From NCBI RefSeq assembly GCF_006345805.1, contig NC_042998.1, positions 57,226,001 to 57,290,000 of the forward strand: DNA of 64,000 nucleotides, written 5' to 3'. Made by a program: the position numbers and the translations under genes. Below the pieces are notes generated by a model that was given only the letters and a program-made list of their open reading frames with translations, searched no databases and was not told the origin of the DNA. Origin of the DNA: Octopus sinensis. Taxonomy: Eukaryota. Of this stretch, positions 25,240 through 39,284 are shown piece by piece; the first letter of the stretch is position 1; every line of letters begins with the position of its first letter.

Positions 25240-26450
25240 TAAGGCAAATTTTTAGATGCGATTTTTAATTTTGAAAGTGGCATGTAATGAATGCTTGAGA
25301 CACATAAATGTCAATTCCAATCGTCCGCTTTCCATAATCAAGGGTATAATTAAGAGCGTAGTTACGAGAATATCACTATTATTACAGCCACGGAGGAAAT
25401 ATTCAAACAACATGTACCATATTACGATGAAGCGTTAACTAAGGTCGGATTTGAAAATAACGAAACCCCAAATGACACAGACGCAAATAAGGTAGAATAT
25501 ACAGATAACACGAAAACTGATATAACCCAAAAGGACAGAAAAAATTGGAATACAGACGCACATAATCACAACACAAAATAGATGAAAGGAACCAAACTAA
25601 AGGTACAAAAATTCGGAATTCCTATGGACTCCAAATATCGTGCAAGACTGGTAAACAGTTCATAGCAGTATTAAATAGATGCTTCCCTAAAACATAAATA
25701 CTACCATTTATTCAACAAGCACACAGTGAAAATATCGTATGCGACATCTTAAAACATGGAGTACTACATACATAAATACAACTGGAAATTAAACATGCAA
25801 ACAACGTCTGCTGGCAGAGAACAAACAAATAAAAGCTTCACAGAATTTACCAATAACAAAAATATATAACAGATAGACTGCGAAAACTCAGATAATGTAA
25901 AAGATGGTGGCAACAAAAGAGAATGTCGATTCAACAAGGCTTCGGGTACTAGCAATGAAACAGATACCATGAAAACAGAATCAAAACACCACCAAATAAA
26001 CATGAATATAATAAGAATACGAATAAGTGCACATGCCGTAGCAAATCCGCCTCTCTGCTCTTGAATCAATGTGTCCAAAACAACATGGTATATAAATGCG
26101 CAATCTCCACATCCCAACATAAAAACGTTTACATAGGTGCCACAGAAAACCGATTCAAAGTCCGTTATTGAAACCACATCTCATCATTCCGAAAAATAAA
26201 TAGACCTCATTGGCAGACCTCATATGGGGACTGAAAGAATCAAAAATAAAATATCATATGGAATGGTAAAAAAATGCACACCCTTGTAATTCGCTATCCG
26301 ACAAATGTGAACTTTGCCTTGAGGAAGTATTGAGTATATTGCTGAGTAAGGAAAACCTGGTAAACAAACATGATGAGAAAATTCCAAGGTGTAACAACCA
26401 CGCCAAGTATGCATTTTCCAGATGGAACAGTGTATACAAATTATAACTAT
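25240..26450 (+). pseudogene. Penelope-like element RT-thumb plus GIY-YIG endonuclease remnant
   Basis: INVNSNRPLSIIKGI, EIFKQHVPYYDEALTKVGF, NQCVQNNMVYKCAI...VYIGATENRFKVRY*NHISSFR, KCELCLEEVLSILLSKENLVNK. Confidence 0.85.
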
Positions 26451-26939
26451 TATTCAATTTCACTAAACCCATCCTTTCCTGTCTTCACTTCTGTATAGGG
26501 TCGTGTGTACTTAAGATGGAGTGTCCAACAATATAACTATGTACCTTAATTTCAGTAGATAAATATAAGTGCGTATATGTATGGGTGTGCATGTGTTTGT
26601 TGATCGGTAGGAGTGTGTGGGCGATGTATTTGTATATATGTACACACGCACCCCCGACACATAAATATATATATAAATAAAAAATAGAAACCAAAACAAT
26701 AAAGTCCGTGTGTGCGTTACGTGAGTGTGTGTGGATGGGGATGCCCAGAGATGTAATGGTGTATCTATGTGTGATTGATTATATAAGTACGAGCCTATGT
26801 GTGAGTGTATTTGCGAAATAATAAAATGTAGCATGTGCAGACTAACATGCGAAAGAAGGTAAACATACAACGTACACTAGCTTATAGGTGAGGCGGCAAA
26901 GAAATCCACTGGTTCGTTCACTTGTCTGTGTTCCAACGT

Positions 26940-27085
26940 GGTGGTTAATACACTTTTGAACTGGTCATTCAGTACCTCACTGATCCTGGTTAGACTATCT
27001 GTGAGGGAGCCATTCTTTTGGAAGAGTGGTCCTATATTGCAGCGTACTGAGTAAGTTCCTTTGGCACAATGAAAGAAGGCCTTTG
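26940..27085 (-). pseudogene. CR1-clade ORF2 fragment
   Basis: Minus strand NIGPLFQKNGSLTDSLTRISEVLNDQFKSV, typical of the CR1 endonuclease-RT linker. Confidence 0.5.
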
Positions 27086-27089
27086 ATTT

Positions 27090-27420
27090 GACTTAATATT
27101 TTTTATAACTCAGGCTTCTTTCTTTTGCTCTCTCTCTCACATATCCTCTTTCTCTTTGATTTTCAAAGACATATTCACATCAGCAGGAGAGCTCTCTTCT
27201 ATAACGGTACATATGTTTTCTTGTCTATACCATACAACAATATCCGGATTATTATGTTTACACTCGATAGATATTTTGATGGGAATGATCGACCAATGTT
27301 CCTTGTGTTGATATTTATGTACTTATTTATTAAGAAGGAGATTTTTCCGGATGGTTTGGTACTGTATAATATTTTAGCAACAACATCCTACTGCATTGGG
27401 AGTTAGTACTTCGGTTAGTA
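27090..27420 (-). pseudogene. R4/Dong-like non-LTR restriction-like endonuclease fragment
   Basis: Minus strand EHWSIIPIKISIECKHNNPDIVVWYRQENICTVIEESSPADVNMSLKIKEKE (PD..E..P.D REL motif). Confidence 0.75.
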
Positions 27421-29823
27421 CTTTGATCAGATGCTGATTACGTGTGTAATGGGATAATCGGCATTTTCATTTGGGCTCCAAGGGCTTCACCTTTTTTTCA
27501 TGCGTGTATGTGTCGTGTATTATGTGACTGTGGGGAGTGTGTGTGTGTGTGGGGGGGGTGATTGCGAGCATACTCATGTGAACATATTCAAAATTTGACA
27601 TAATACTTTGGAGAGTTTATTCGACAGAATAAATAGATGATTATACAAAAACATAATAATTCATCAGTTACGTGCGACGGTATTAGATTAAGATAGGCAC
27701 TTGTGTATAATACTAAATGTAAAGACATCATGAAAAAAAAACAAATTAACTGCGATATTTAATCTGAATTAATATGTCTTATGAACTAACTGTGTTTAAT
27801 AACACAACTATCTCAACTATAGATGGTGAAAATCGTCCACCAACGTTGGTGAGAATGTTTGCTGCTTAATTCTACATCTTTGAGCTAGCTTTGTCAGAAA
27901 CTTGTACTTACTTGTACTACATGTTGAGACAAAATTCGTCGTAACTGATGTAGGGAACCTGATTACAAAAATCCCTGGCTTTTGCAATTAGCCGCTTTGG
28001 AGCAGTATAGATTACTGTTGCCACTTATGTATCATACAGCCCGGAAAGGCAAATTAATTGCAGCATTTGTTCGTTGTTTTAATCTCTGGTATGCAAAAAT
28101 ACACACACATATAATTGTATATATTTGTTTGTGTGACTGTCAATTTTGAACAGGATTGACGTTAACTTGCAGCCTAGTGATCTCATGTTAAAGATAAACG
28201 ACGATGTTTTTTTACCAGAATTCTAAACACAAATGACTCAAAGCCGAAATGAAACCTAACATGATAGGCTGACCTTATGAAGGTAGTTTTTCACATTTGG
28301 AAGTGTAAAGTGTAAAATCATCCAGAGGTTCCAACGTTTGTAGCTTTAGTTCCTTGCAGCGCAGTACAAAAGATTAATTCAATTTAGAATGCAGATTCAA
28401 AACAATATTTGTGATTTTATAAAATAATAGCGTTAAAAGGATCATAAAATAAAATACAATATATATTAGATTAACAATGCTTGTGTGCGTACAGATATTG
28501 AAGAAATTGGAATGAAAAAGAAAAAAAAGAATTATGTAATTAAATATCAGTAGTTTACAGCATGAATGCAATTCATGTTTGAAGCTCCAATGAAGCTATA
28601 GGGTGATAATCAAACATTTAAATATCAATGCACTGCATCACATGCCAGAAACAGCTGTTAGATAAATGAAGTTTATCATAACATAATTTTTTTCCTTTTG
28701 CCATTTGAACTATTTATTACCCCTCTGAACGCGACTGATACTTCATTATGAAGTATATAATGTATAGTGAGTTCTAACAGCAAGTTATAAGCATCGCTGT
28801 GCCTAAGTAATACACACACACACACACACGCGTACACACACACATACATATATATATATATAGAGAGAGAGAAAGAGGTAAAAGGATAAATAAATCGAGG
28901 TATGTATCTAGAAAATATTCATTGTTAAGTGAACTTGATTAACTAGATCAATCAGATATCAATAAATTCGAATAGAATTAATATCCAAGTTAATTCTTCG
29001 TGTATTATGAGTAAATCCAAATATCTCTGAAAACATATTCAAATAAATCCGGTGTATATTATGACACGAACAAGAATGGAGAAAATCACATCTGTAATTG
29101 GTGATAATATCATGCATTACTGACGGTTTTTTTTTAAATTTTGCCAGCATATTTAGATATAGAAAGAAAAGGTACAAAATACAATTCAAACCAATATATC
29201 CGAAAATGAATGCTGACACAATATTAGCAAAGTAATACAAAAAAGGTTCATTTCAAAGTGAACCGATATAATATTTCTAATACATGAACGCATACGAAAA
29301 AGTAGAAATATAATATTCTAGGAAAAAATAGTGTGGTATTTAAACTTGTGATGCCATCATTAGACAAAGGAAGAATAAAAAATAAACATAGTAATTCTAC
29401 ATCAATTACTTAGTTATTTAGTTATTGATGTATATATACTTTATTTCATCGAGATATAAACTATTATTTATTAAAACAACTGATCATGTTTTAAATGCAC
29501 TGAAAAAACTTCGAAAAATTATGCTTATTAGATTACAGGAAAAGCAATTAGGGCATTTTTTACTATTGAAGTATTTAAATACTTTTCTATATTTATGGGA
29601 ATATTTCAACGTAACACTGATTCTACAATTTAATATTTTTAATTTTAAGGTAATTATACAATATATTTCCTCTAGGCAAACACAACATTTAAAATTAGCA
29701 TTATTGTACGATGGAGCATAACTAACAATGCCAGCGTATTTATGTCTAAATACGCTGGCATAATAAAAACAATCTGTGATTTTCTCCCTTCTTGTTCATG
29801 TTGTTACACACACACACACACAG

Positions 29824-29858
<35 letters not shown>

Positions 29859-32800
29859 GGGTAAGGGTAAAACCCCCTTCGGTCATGAATGATCATGAGC
29901 TTGCACCTAGAAAGTTACCCTCCGAGGCACGAGCCCGGGCAACATTGTTTATGGAAGACTAGCAATCACCCATACATACCTGTCTGCCCTCTCCGCGGTA
30001 CAGATATTATCCAAAGCAAAGGTAAAGGCAGATATAGCTTGACATATATATCGCCAGTGCAGTGAATGGCGGAGGCTTGATCTGCAATATCTCCGGATGT
30101 GTATGTTTATCAAGGACTGGATTCATTAGTCACCAGCGGAATCACAAGTGTAAAGTAGACATCTGTCTGAGTGTACAATATTCTTAATGGTCAGTGACTG
30201 TATTCCTCGGTTCCGAGCGGGCAGCCCACCTCCCAACACCCCCAAAACCACTCACAAATTTTCAATATGCAGGTTATTCTTTTCATCGTCCTCGTCTCTC
30301 AAGAGATTGTCTTGGATATTTCGTAGTTATTTAAGTTGACTTCATATCTTAGGTTTTATATATTACCGTTATACAGAGCAGGCAAGACAGAAATAAGCAG
30401 ACTTGCTATAGTTGTTACTGTCTTTATGTGTGTGTTTATGTATGTACATATGTATAATAATGTGTATCTTAATACAGATTTATTTTTTAAACCAATAGCT
30501 TCCGAGTTTAGTGTGTACAGTTTGCAAATAGGAAATATTTAATCTAATTTTACTGATAGTGTTAATTTAGTGACATCTACAATATATTACCTGCTGAAAA
30601 ATATATCTGTTTTCCTTAATAATCGACGGACATTGAAAGATCTATATGTGCTGGCTGGTGAGAAAATGAAAGTGTGATGGTGGTAGAAATAATGAGAGAG
30701 AAAGAGAGCGAGAGAGAGGAGAGAAAGAGAGAGAGAGAGAGGGAGACTCTATTTTGCAAACTTAGATGTCAGTGATTTATTTTTAATGGACTCACAGATC
30801 ACCTCTAAATTAGAATATCTATGATAGAGGTGTTGCAGTTATGATAATTCAGTCTTATTTTAAAACTATCACGGATACGTGCTCATATTATCCAATATGC
30901 TATTTCTGTATTAAAACTGCTGAATGTGATGAAATAAATAAAAGAAAAACAATGACACTTAAAAGAGGTTCATATTAGATTTTGTTGTATTAGTTACAGT
31001 CGTTTACCTTCTGAATTGAAATACAGCTGATGTTAATTTCACTTTTCCTGCTTTCATGATCGATAAAACAAATTACTGTTCAAATACGCAATTTGTAGCC
31101 GATGTCAAAAACCCTGTCTGTCACAAACTTTTGGCTTGTGCACTTGATGATGTGAAATGTCGTAACTTCTCACCCCCAACTACCACTTTGGCAATACGTC
31201 CGGTGACAGAAGTAATTTAGCAATATATATACAGGATTAGGGGTGAGTATGCGCAGCGAAGTACTAAGAGAAATTTTAGGATTAAACAAAGAAGAAACTG
31301 CTTGTTATTTTCAAGAGGAATTTCACAGGTAAATATGAAAAAATTCCAGAATCCCTGCAGGGCTCTTCTAGTTAATGTCTATAGGCACAAAAGTGTCCTT
31401 CAAGCAAACTGTCCGCAGAGCACGCAAAGTGACGAAACCGTTCTGTCCCTCCTCGTGCAGTATCGAAACATTGCTGACCTTTGTAGTAATGATGTGTGCA
31501 GAACATAAGCCATCTTAAAGATCATTCTATCTAACCTCGTTAAGTAAGACGATTTCCCCCTGTTTAATGACTAAGGTGAAAGGATCTGTTATTGACTCTT
31601 CTACTTCGGGCAAGGCTTCATCGATATTTTCCAGTAGCACTCAGAAATGAGTTGAGCGTAGAGATGAAATTACTCTCCTCTAGTGTATTTCTTAAAAGGT
31701 ACTTGAAAGTGGTGAAAATGGTTAGAGTGGAGAGAACAAATCAAAGCATACAGCTGTAGATTGGAGAATAACATTGAGCAAAAGAACACATCTTAGACCT
31801 TCAGAGGGATCTTGTTACAGTGTCTCCTTGACCCGTCTTTGTCGGAGTGTCACTAAAATCCGGTTGACTTCTCATCCATCCATTGCTCTTTTGTATACTC
31901 TTCCAATGTTTCATATTTATCTTTTACCGTTTATCTTTTCTTTGTTTCAGTCATCTTTTCGGGGTCGATAAAATAAGTACGATCTGGACAATGGGGTTGA
32001 TGTAATCGACTGGCCACCTTCCTCAAAATTTCAGGCTTTGTGCTTATATTAGAAAGAATTATTCTTTCTTGGAAATATCTGTTTACGAAAGAATCATGTT
32101 AGGTTAGATCTTTTCATTAATGTTAATGTTTTTTTATAATTGCAGTAGATTTTCTTGTGTGACAACTACTGACAACTACTGACAAATCTTATTCAAGGTC
32201 TTTCCTCTCGCTGATAGTGAAGTTGTTGCACTGCAATTCTGACACTCATTCCACCTCTTTTCCTTCGTGAATAAGGAAGCCGAAAGTGATTTTGATGCAA
32301 ACAGAAGCCATATATGTATATATACCTGAGAGAGTACGAAAGATAAGGAGAGGGCTGAGATGGTAATAAATATAACAGAACATCTTGAAAACCATTGAAC
32401 AATTAAATTTAAGAGAAATAATACTCGCTAATAGTATCGCAAAATAATTTTGCTACGAAATACCCATAGATTTACTTCAAGTTCAAGAAAGTTATTAGGC
32501 TGTCATGATGATAAACAATCCAATGTATTTGGTGTTGATGAAAAATTCTTAGTGAATATGAATACTTCAGATTAAAAGCTGTTTTAGTCTAATAAAAACT
32601 GTTTGAAGATGAGATTACATAAAAAGTTTTGGTAAAGATGGATGCAATAATTAAAGAAGATAAAGCTAAAGATTGATGGAAGATAGTGGCGATCCAAATA
32701 AAGAGATGCGAGAAATAACATAGGCTGAATAAGGTAAATTTAATTTATGCAAATTAAATTATTCCCCAAATCCCTTAATTTGTTTAGAGTTTAGTTTGAT

Positions 32801-33258
32801 AAATTCAATCGCCTTGGACATTAAATGAAACTACTGCTTCCGCCTATGCCACCTTGCAGCATATACGACCCCATTTTCCGTAATTTCCTCACCGTCAAAC
32901 GAAGTATAAAAGTCTGAAACATATCCGTTCCGCTTAACTGTCAAACCTATCGTCCTCTTTTATGAACTTTGATTAACAAAGTCTCTACCACCTTCGATAC
33001 ATCTACTAGCCAACACGTTAAATAAAGCTATCCAACAGAAAGCAAGGCAGCATTTATTGGTTTCGGTTGAAACAATAGATGGAAAGCAATTGTTACTGGT
33101 AGATAGATAATAATTACTTTCACAGTAATACTTTAAATTTTAATGAGATTTGTTTAAATAATTTGGTAAGCGTAAAGGTATGTAAGGGTATGGAAAAGAA
33201 GTTAAGATTAACGATGAAGCTATATTCATTAGCGGAATCAGGACACCAAAATAAAGTG

Positions 33259-33299
<41 letters not shown>

Positions 33300-34214
33300 C
33301 GGTAAACATTTTAAACTCGTAATTGAATAAGATAAGAGAAACTGAGATAAGGCTTAGACGAAGAAAATAATATACTTATGCCAACCAATTAATTTCAAAT
33401 GAAGGGAAAAAAAGGAAAATTCTATTGAATTATATCTTGTGGGAATGAGAACTTTCAGAAAATTAAAGGATAATTCTAAAAAAGCAACAAAACTAAACAA
33501 AGTTGAAATCTCGTAGGCGTGGTAACTTACTGCACAACCTCCAAAACTTGTTTCCTGATATCGAAGGCGGTTTCTACAGAGATGACAGTCATAATCTTTC
33601 AACAAATGTAACATTGAAAATACAGATAGAATTAGAATCTATTGAACTTGTCTTCGAGAAATTCGTATTTATAATTACCACCGGAACTAACATAACAAAA
33701 TCAGTTTAATTTCAGCTAACTCCTTAGAATATTCTTACACTAAACCAAATGAATATATAACTACCTACATTTTAAATGTCTCAGTACTATTACTAGTAAT
33801 TTAGTTTCAAATATATCTAATAGATTATGTAGTATTTTTATCTATACTTAAATGTATGTTGAGAATACCCGGAACTATATTGTACTATTTCAGGGATAGC
33901 GAGTGAAAAGACTTTGAATAGGATTTGTGAGTAGGTGTCTCACACAACATTACTGCTAGTCTAAAAATTCAATCGCCTTGAAAATTAAATGAAACAACTG
34001 CTTCCGCCTATGCCACCTTGCAGCATATACGACCCCGTTTTCTGTAATTTACCCACCGTCAAACGAAGAATAAAAGTCTGAAACATCCGTTCCGCTTAAC
34101 TGTTAAACCCATCGTCCTGCTACTCTAAAAAACATTCAGACTAATAGAAAAACCAAAGCTAACAAAGGAATATAAACTCTCTGGTGATTGCTTCGTAAAC
34201 AGATGTTTCCAGGA

Positions 34215-34438
34215 AAGAATAATTCTTTTTGATATAGATACACGGCCAGAAATTTTTGGGGGAGTGGCCAGTCGATTAAATTGATCCCAGTATTCGACTG
34301 TTACTTATTTTATTGATTCCGAAAAGATGAAAGGTAAAGATGACCTCGGTGGAATCAGAACTCAGAATGTAAAGACGGACGAAATGCCCTTAAGTATTTA
34401 GTCCAGTGTAGTAAGGATTCTTCCAGCATGCTGCCTTA
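34215..34438 (-). mobile_element. SINE family A
   Basis: Homology to 4831-5062 (GACCTCGGTGGAATCAGAACTCAGAATGTAAAGACGGACGAAATG). Confidence 0.75.
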
Positions 34439-35352
34439 TTTCCAGGGAAGGATGATGACGCGTGGAATGGTTGCGGAGTTAATAATTTCTCTTGCGGCAA
34501 TTGCGGGGAGTTCGAGATCATCCTCTTATAGAAATAATTATAAGAAAAGTAATAGTAATTAATATAACAACCCCACCACCACCATTTAACGTAAATTTTG
34601 CTACCTTACCATCTAAATTCCTTTTGAAATTACTCTCACGACACAATTACTGAATATGAGTAGAATAAAAATCTCTTATTTGAATGGATAAAACAACCTG
34701 ATCTGAACTTGCTGGGTGAAACTCAATTGGAACTGGAAATGTATTAATTCGATATATTCCCTATAGAGTCAAAGCGTCATATTAGTTGCATATATTGTTA
34801 TGCACTGTGCAAACCTATACTTAAAAACTGTCTGCAAATATCAATTTGCTTTCTATTTAAATTAATTTTACTAAATTGTGCTTCAATATCATATTTACCT
34901 CACCACAAGCTTCATACATGATAAATCAGCCCCACTTTAGACTATGCCGATCAAATCGCATAATATGAACCACCTTACTATTCTTGCAACATATACACGA
35001 TACCCTTGCTATCCAAACCACTGGCGATCATATATTTACAGTTATATATCTTTATAACTCACTTCTGTATTCTACTCATTCATATTATATATTGATCTTC
35101 TTTAACTTTCACAATGCTACGTGCCTGAAAATTTGATTATCATTAAATGTCATAATCTATATCTTCTTTTGTATTTTATATTTACTTTTAATCTTTTTAT
35201 TAGTTTATTTAATTCATTCTAAATTCTCAATTACGAATACTTTTCTACTTAAGACAGTATTTAGCCCATCTTTTGCTAACACACACTGAAAACACATATA
35301 TCTTTGCGTAATGTAAAAAAAAATAATGTATTACCATCCATCAACGCGCGCG

Positions 35353-35388
<36 letters not shown>

Positions 35389-36020
35389 TTATAACACATT
35401 TCCTTTGGTATAGTAAGTATTGAATCCATTAATTAATATTTTTTTAACTCATCCATCGTTGCTAATAGCATTACCGTACATTTTAAACTTAGCTAATTAT
35501 GAGGCGAAAATCTAATTTAGATTTAAAGCATTTCCATATTAGGTTATAATTGTCCTCTACTCTGTAAAGTAGTTATTTTCCTTCAAGGGGTAACATGCAT
35601 ATTGGTTTCTGTCCACACGGATCATGGAAAATTTTCTATCTCTATTAATACCAATAAATGAACTCAAACTAATAAACAGTTTTTCCTTTCTTTTTCTGTT
35701 GGATCAACCTAATTCACAGCACTATTCTGAAATATTTTCTTCAACTAATTTTGGCTGCGTCATATTTACATATTGCATCTCGTTTCTTTTCGTATTTATC
35801 TATATCTTCGTGCCCATCTTACATGTATCTCAGTGGTTTATAAGATTTTGAACAGGCAGTTTGCAATATATACAGCTCATTTCCGTATTTTATGCGTTCT
35901 TTTCTGTTTTTCATTATTTAAATTACTCCTTTGAAGAAAGAGATATTTTCTAACAAAGATGCAAAGCTCCATAGTTAGAATGTAGATGACGAAAAGAATT
36001 TCATATTTTAAAACTGAGAA

Positions 36021-36320
36021 AAGCCTGTGAGTGGATTTGGTAGACGGAAACTGAAAGAAGTCCGTCGAATGTATGTATATTTATGTATGCATGTGTGTGT
36101 ATATGTTTGTGTGTCTGTGTTTGTCCCCCCAAAATCGCTTGAAAACCGATGTTGGTGTGTTTACGTCCCCGTAACTTTAACTTAGCGGTTCGGCAACGAG
36201 ATCGATAGAATAAATACTATCCTTAGAAAGAATAAGTCCTGGGGTCAATTTGCTCGACTAAAGGCGTCGCTCCAGCATGGCCGCAGTCTGATGACTGAAA
36301 CAAGTAAAAGAGTAAAAGAG
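36021..36320 (+). mobile_element. SINE family B, 5'-truncated
   Basis: AAGCCTGTGAGTGGATTTGGTAGACGGAAACTGAAAG...GGCGTCGCTCCAGCATGGCCGCAGTC...GAAACAAGTAAAAG. Confidence 0.8.
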
Positions 36321-36935
36321 CAAAAGAGCATATATTTACTCTTCTGCTTACTGATTGTATTCGTAATATGCGAATCAGTTGAATTCTCTCTCTGAAAATC
36401 CAAGCTTATCCACGTTGACAGTTAGGCATTTACATACAATATGATGTGCACTAATTACTATTGGTATAAATGTAATAAATGTAAATTTATAATCTGAACA
36501 TAGGAGCCTGAAGTTTTGAAGTAATTGTCCATAATTATTTCCTTTCCTTTTGGTTTCCAAAGAGATATTTACATCAGCAGGACAACTGACCTCTATGTCC
36601 GTCCCAAGCAACATTACCCGGTATATTATGCTTACACTTGACAGATGTTTTGATGGCAATGTTCCACCAGTATTCCTTGTGCTGGTCTTTGAGTACATAT
36701 TCAATAACAAGGGGATTCTCTATATTTATTCCAGGAGAGTCTCTTTTTCTCCAAATAACATTGTATATTGTTTTTGAGACAACGTTGCGTCGCATAGTGA
36801 GTTAGTACCTTGATTGCATTATTGGGCACACGCTAATCACACGTATAATGCTTTCCACAGAAATATGACATAACCTACATTTTCTGTTGTATCTTGGAAC
36901 ACCAAGGGTTAAACTGTCCCCTTTGTTTATTAGGT

Positions 36936-37381
36936 GACGAAGATCTCTTGGGGCTATAAAGCCACAGTAACAACCCCCTCCCCAATGTGGTTAGCCATGA
37001 TAAGATGGCTTCTATACTTTACATTATCGAGCGATTACTGTTTCAATCTCATTCTGAGATTTAATTATGCTTACTGTTCGTTTTTCGACATCAGTGGCAG
37101 ACGCCATTAGAAAAACTTATATCTATTTGCAAAGGAGCCTTCACTTTCATCGCTACCTGGTGGTTACCGCCCGTTGACGAGGGACAACCATCCCGAAACT
37201 AGTTCGAGCGTATCACTCAGGCTTGCGAGGAAGGGATGGCCTCCCTTTGCAAATACTCCAAAGACACAGATATTGTGTTTAGAGCCAGCTAGAGACGAAG
37301 ATCTCTTGGGGCTATAAAGCTACAGTAACAACCCCCTCCCCAATGTGGTTAGCCATGATAAGATGGCTTCTATACTTTACA
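36936..37381 (+). mobile_element. retrozyme-like element, 358-bp unit (1.25 copies), diverged relative of the 352-bp family
   Basis: GACGAAGATCTCTTGGGGCTATAAAG at 36936 and 37294; shares CCCTTTGCAAATACT, GACACAGA, GCCAGCT, GGGGCTA, CTACAGTA and TAGCCAT with 3164-3684; contains an HHR. Confidence 0.8.
37168..37210 (+). ncRNA. minimal type I hammerhead with point changes (C3 to U, GUU site)
   Basis: CGCCCG TTGACGA GGGA CAACCA TCCC GAAA CTAG TT CGAGCG; palindromic ACTAGT. Confidence 0.65.
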
Positions 37382-38627
37382 ATACAGTAATCTGTTTTTC
37401 GACTATAAATCCATAGCCTTCGAAGTGCGATGTGATGTAACAGTCACGAGTCCAAGAGAGGCTTCGCTTCATGTCAATGTTTCTGTCTTCTTCAAGTGTT
37501 CGGGAAACATACCCATTAGTGGTCTGTTTCGGGGATGCTGAGCGTTTCACTTCCAGGTCTCTTTTGGGGTATGATTTTCCAGCTGATTTGGATTTGTATG
37601 GGAAGTCATCGGAAAGAGACATGTAGAATATTATTTTCTTCACTTTTCAGCACTAAGTTAATGTATATAATTCTGCTGCTGTTTAACAAATGCTGTCTGA
37701 GAGAGAGAGAGAGAGAGAGAGGGAGGAAGAGAGAGAGAGTAAGAGAAAGAGTCTATGCAACATTCAAAGGCTGTCGACACTGATCTCAAAGCTCTATCTC
37801 CTTTATCTCTTCTTAAGCAGAGCCTGTCGATATTACTATTTCTGTGGAAATTTCCAGTTGATATCAGAAACTTACCGGTTTTAACGTATATAGAGTGGAT
37901 TTCTTCTGCAGATCAGTCAGGTATCCGAAATGTTGGAATCAGCACTAGTACTGAAAATGGAATGTGGGATATTATCTTGTTGTAAGAGAAGAGTTTTGAC
38001 TGCTATATTTTCTGGTATAATAGTCTTGGGTCACTCCATCTTTATTTTTGTGTCTAGGGGAGTGATTGTCCCCATTCAACCATTAAACATGACCATTTCT
38101 ATGTTAACTGAAAATGCTGTTATTAATTTCAAATGTTTTTGGCATAGTTAACATTTTTTGTATAAATTTAGAGGTTATCCATAAAGAAATTATGCGTTAT
38201 GTTAATATCCCTAGCAGTAGTCATTTGACTTTTGTAGTAGGGATGTAATGGATTTTAATGCCTAAATGAACACAGAGCCTAACTCCTTGGAATATTTCCT
38301 TTGAAATGTTTATGGTATTGGAGATCGTTCCATTGTCTTGTCTAAGTGTAAGAAATGTTGCCAAGGTCTTTGCATGTATGTATGTATGTATGTATGTATG
38401 TATGTATGTATGTATGTATGTATGTATGTGTGTGTATGCATGTTTGTATGTTTGTATGTAACTATTTTCTAATCTTTTATATCATTTTTTACATACACAC
38501 ACACACACTCTCTCTCTCTCTCTCTCTCTCACAAAACTGTATATTATAGTTTCTGAGACTATTAAGTCCAATATGTAACAAAATCTTTAAAATAACGAGA
38601 ATTCCAATAGTGACTATTGATTTAGTA

Positions 38628-38662
<35 letters not shown>

Positions 38663-38765
38663 ACAAAACTGTATATTATAGTTTCTGAGACTATTAAGTC
38701 CAATATGTAACAAAATCTTTAAAATAACGAGAAACACAGAATTCCAATAGTGACTATTGATTTAG

Positions 38766-38836
<71 letters not shown>

Positions 38837-39284
38837 GTTCTTTGATTACAGTATTCATGACTTTTATTTGAACTGTTTGACCTTTTAACTTTCTTATTGT
38901 CTTACAAATTATTTGGACTTCAATAGTTTTACGTAATGCTCATTATGTATGATTGAATGACTTTTATCATAGTTATCTATAATGTCTTCCAGTGCAAAAA
39001 TTACATTTAGTATGGTTATCCTGTTATTTCTTGCCAACAGAGCGATACAGTCTTAGGAAGAATCGCCCGAAAACTTGCCGTTACAAAAATTACTGTGCTT
39101 ACATACATACAGGCATCCATGCACACATACGTAATAATACGTACATGCAAATATACATGCACATGGATACATATACACACATATCTATACATATATATGA
39201 ATACACTCATATGTATGTGTATGTGTATGCGTGTATATATATATATCACGTCTAATCAAAATAAGCAACAAGAATAACTTCGGT

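Larger units (their letters stand above)
36380..38300 (-). pseudogene. R4/Dong-like non-LTR retrotransposon (RT C-term, CCHC, REL), interrupted at 36936-37381 and by (GA)n
   Basis: Minus strand VLIPTFRIPD*SAEEI; DMKRSLSWTRDCYITSHFEGY; KCRLCHISVESIIRVISVCP; KEYWWNIAIKTSVKCKHN; SCPADVNISLETK...FTFIPIVISA...VDKLGF. Confidence 0.8.

Noticed and set aside
31260-31660. Stop-poor stretch VLLENIDEALPEVEESITDPFTLVIKQGEIVLLNE...ILHEEGQNG (minus)
   Set aside because: Only weak resemblance to PLE RT (IPHEEG) or dynein motifs; in-frame stops; cannot be assigned.
38530-38770. ~100-bp segment duplicated between (CT)n tracts with an 8-nt indel
   Set aside because: Likely microsatellite-mediated duplication or an assembly/haplotype artefact; too long and too few units for a CRISPR-like array.
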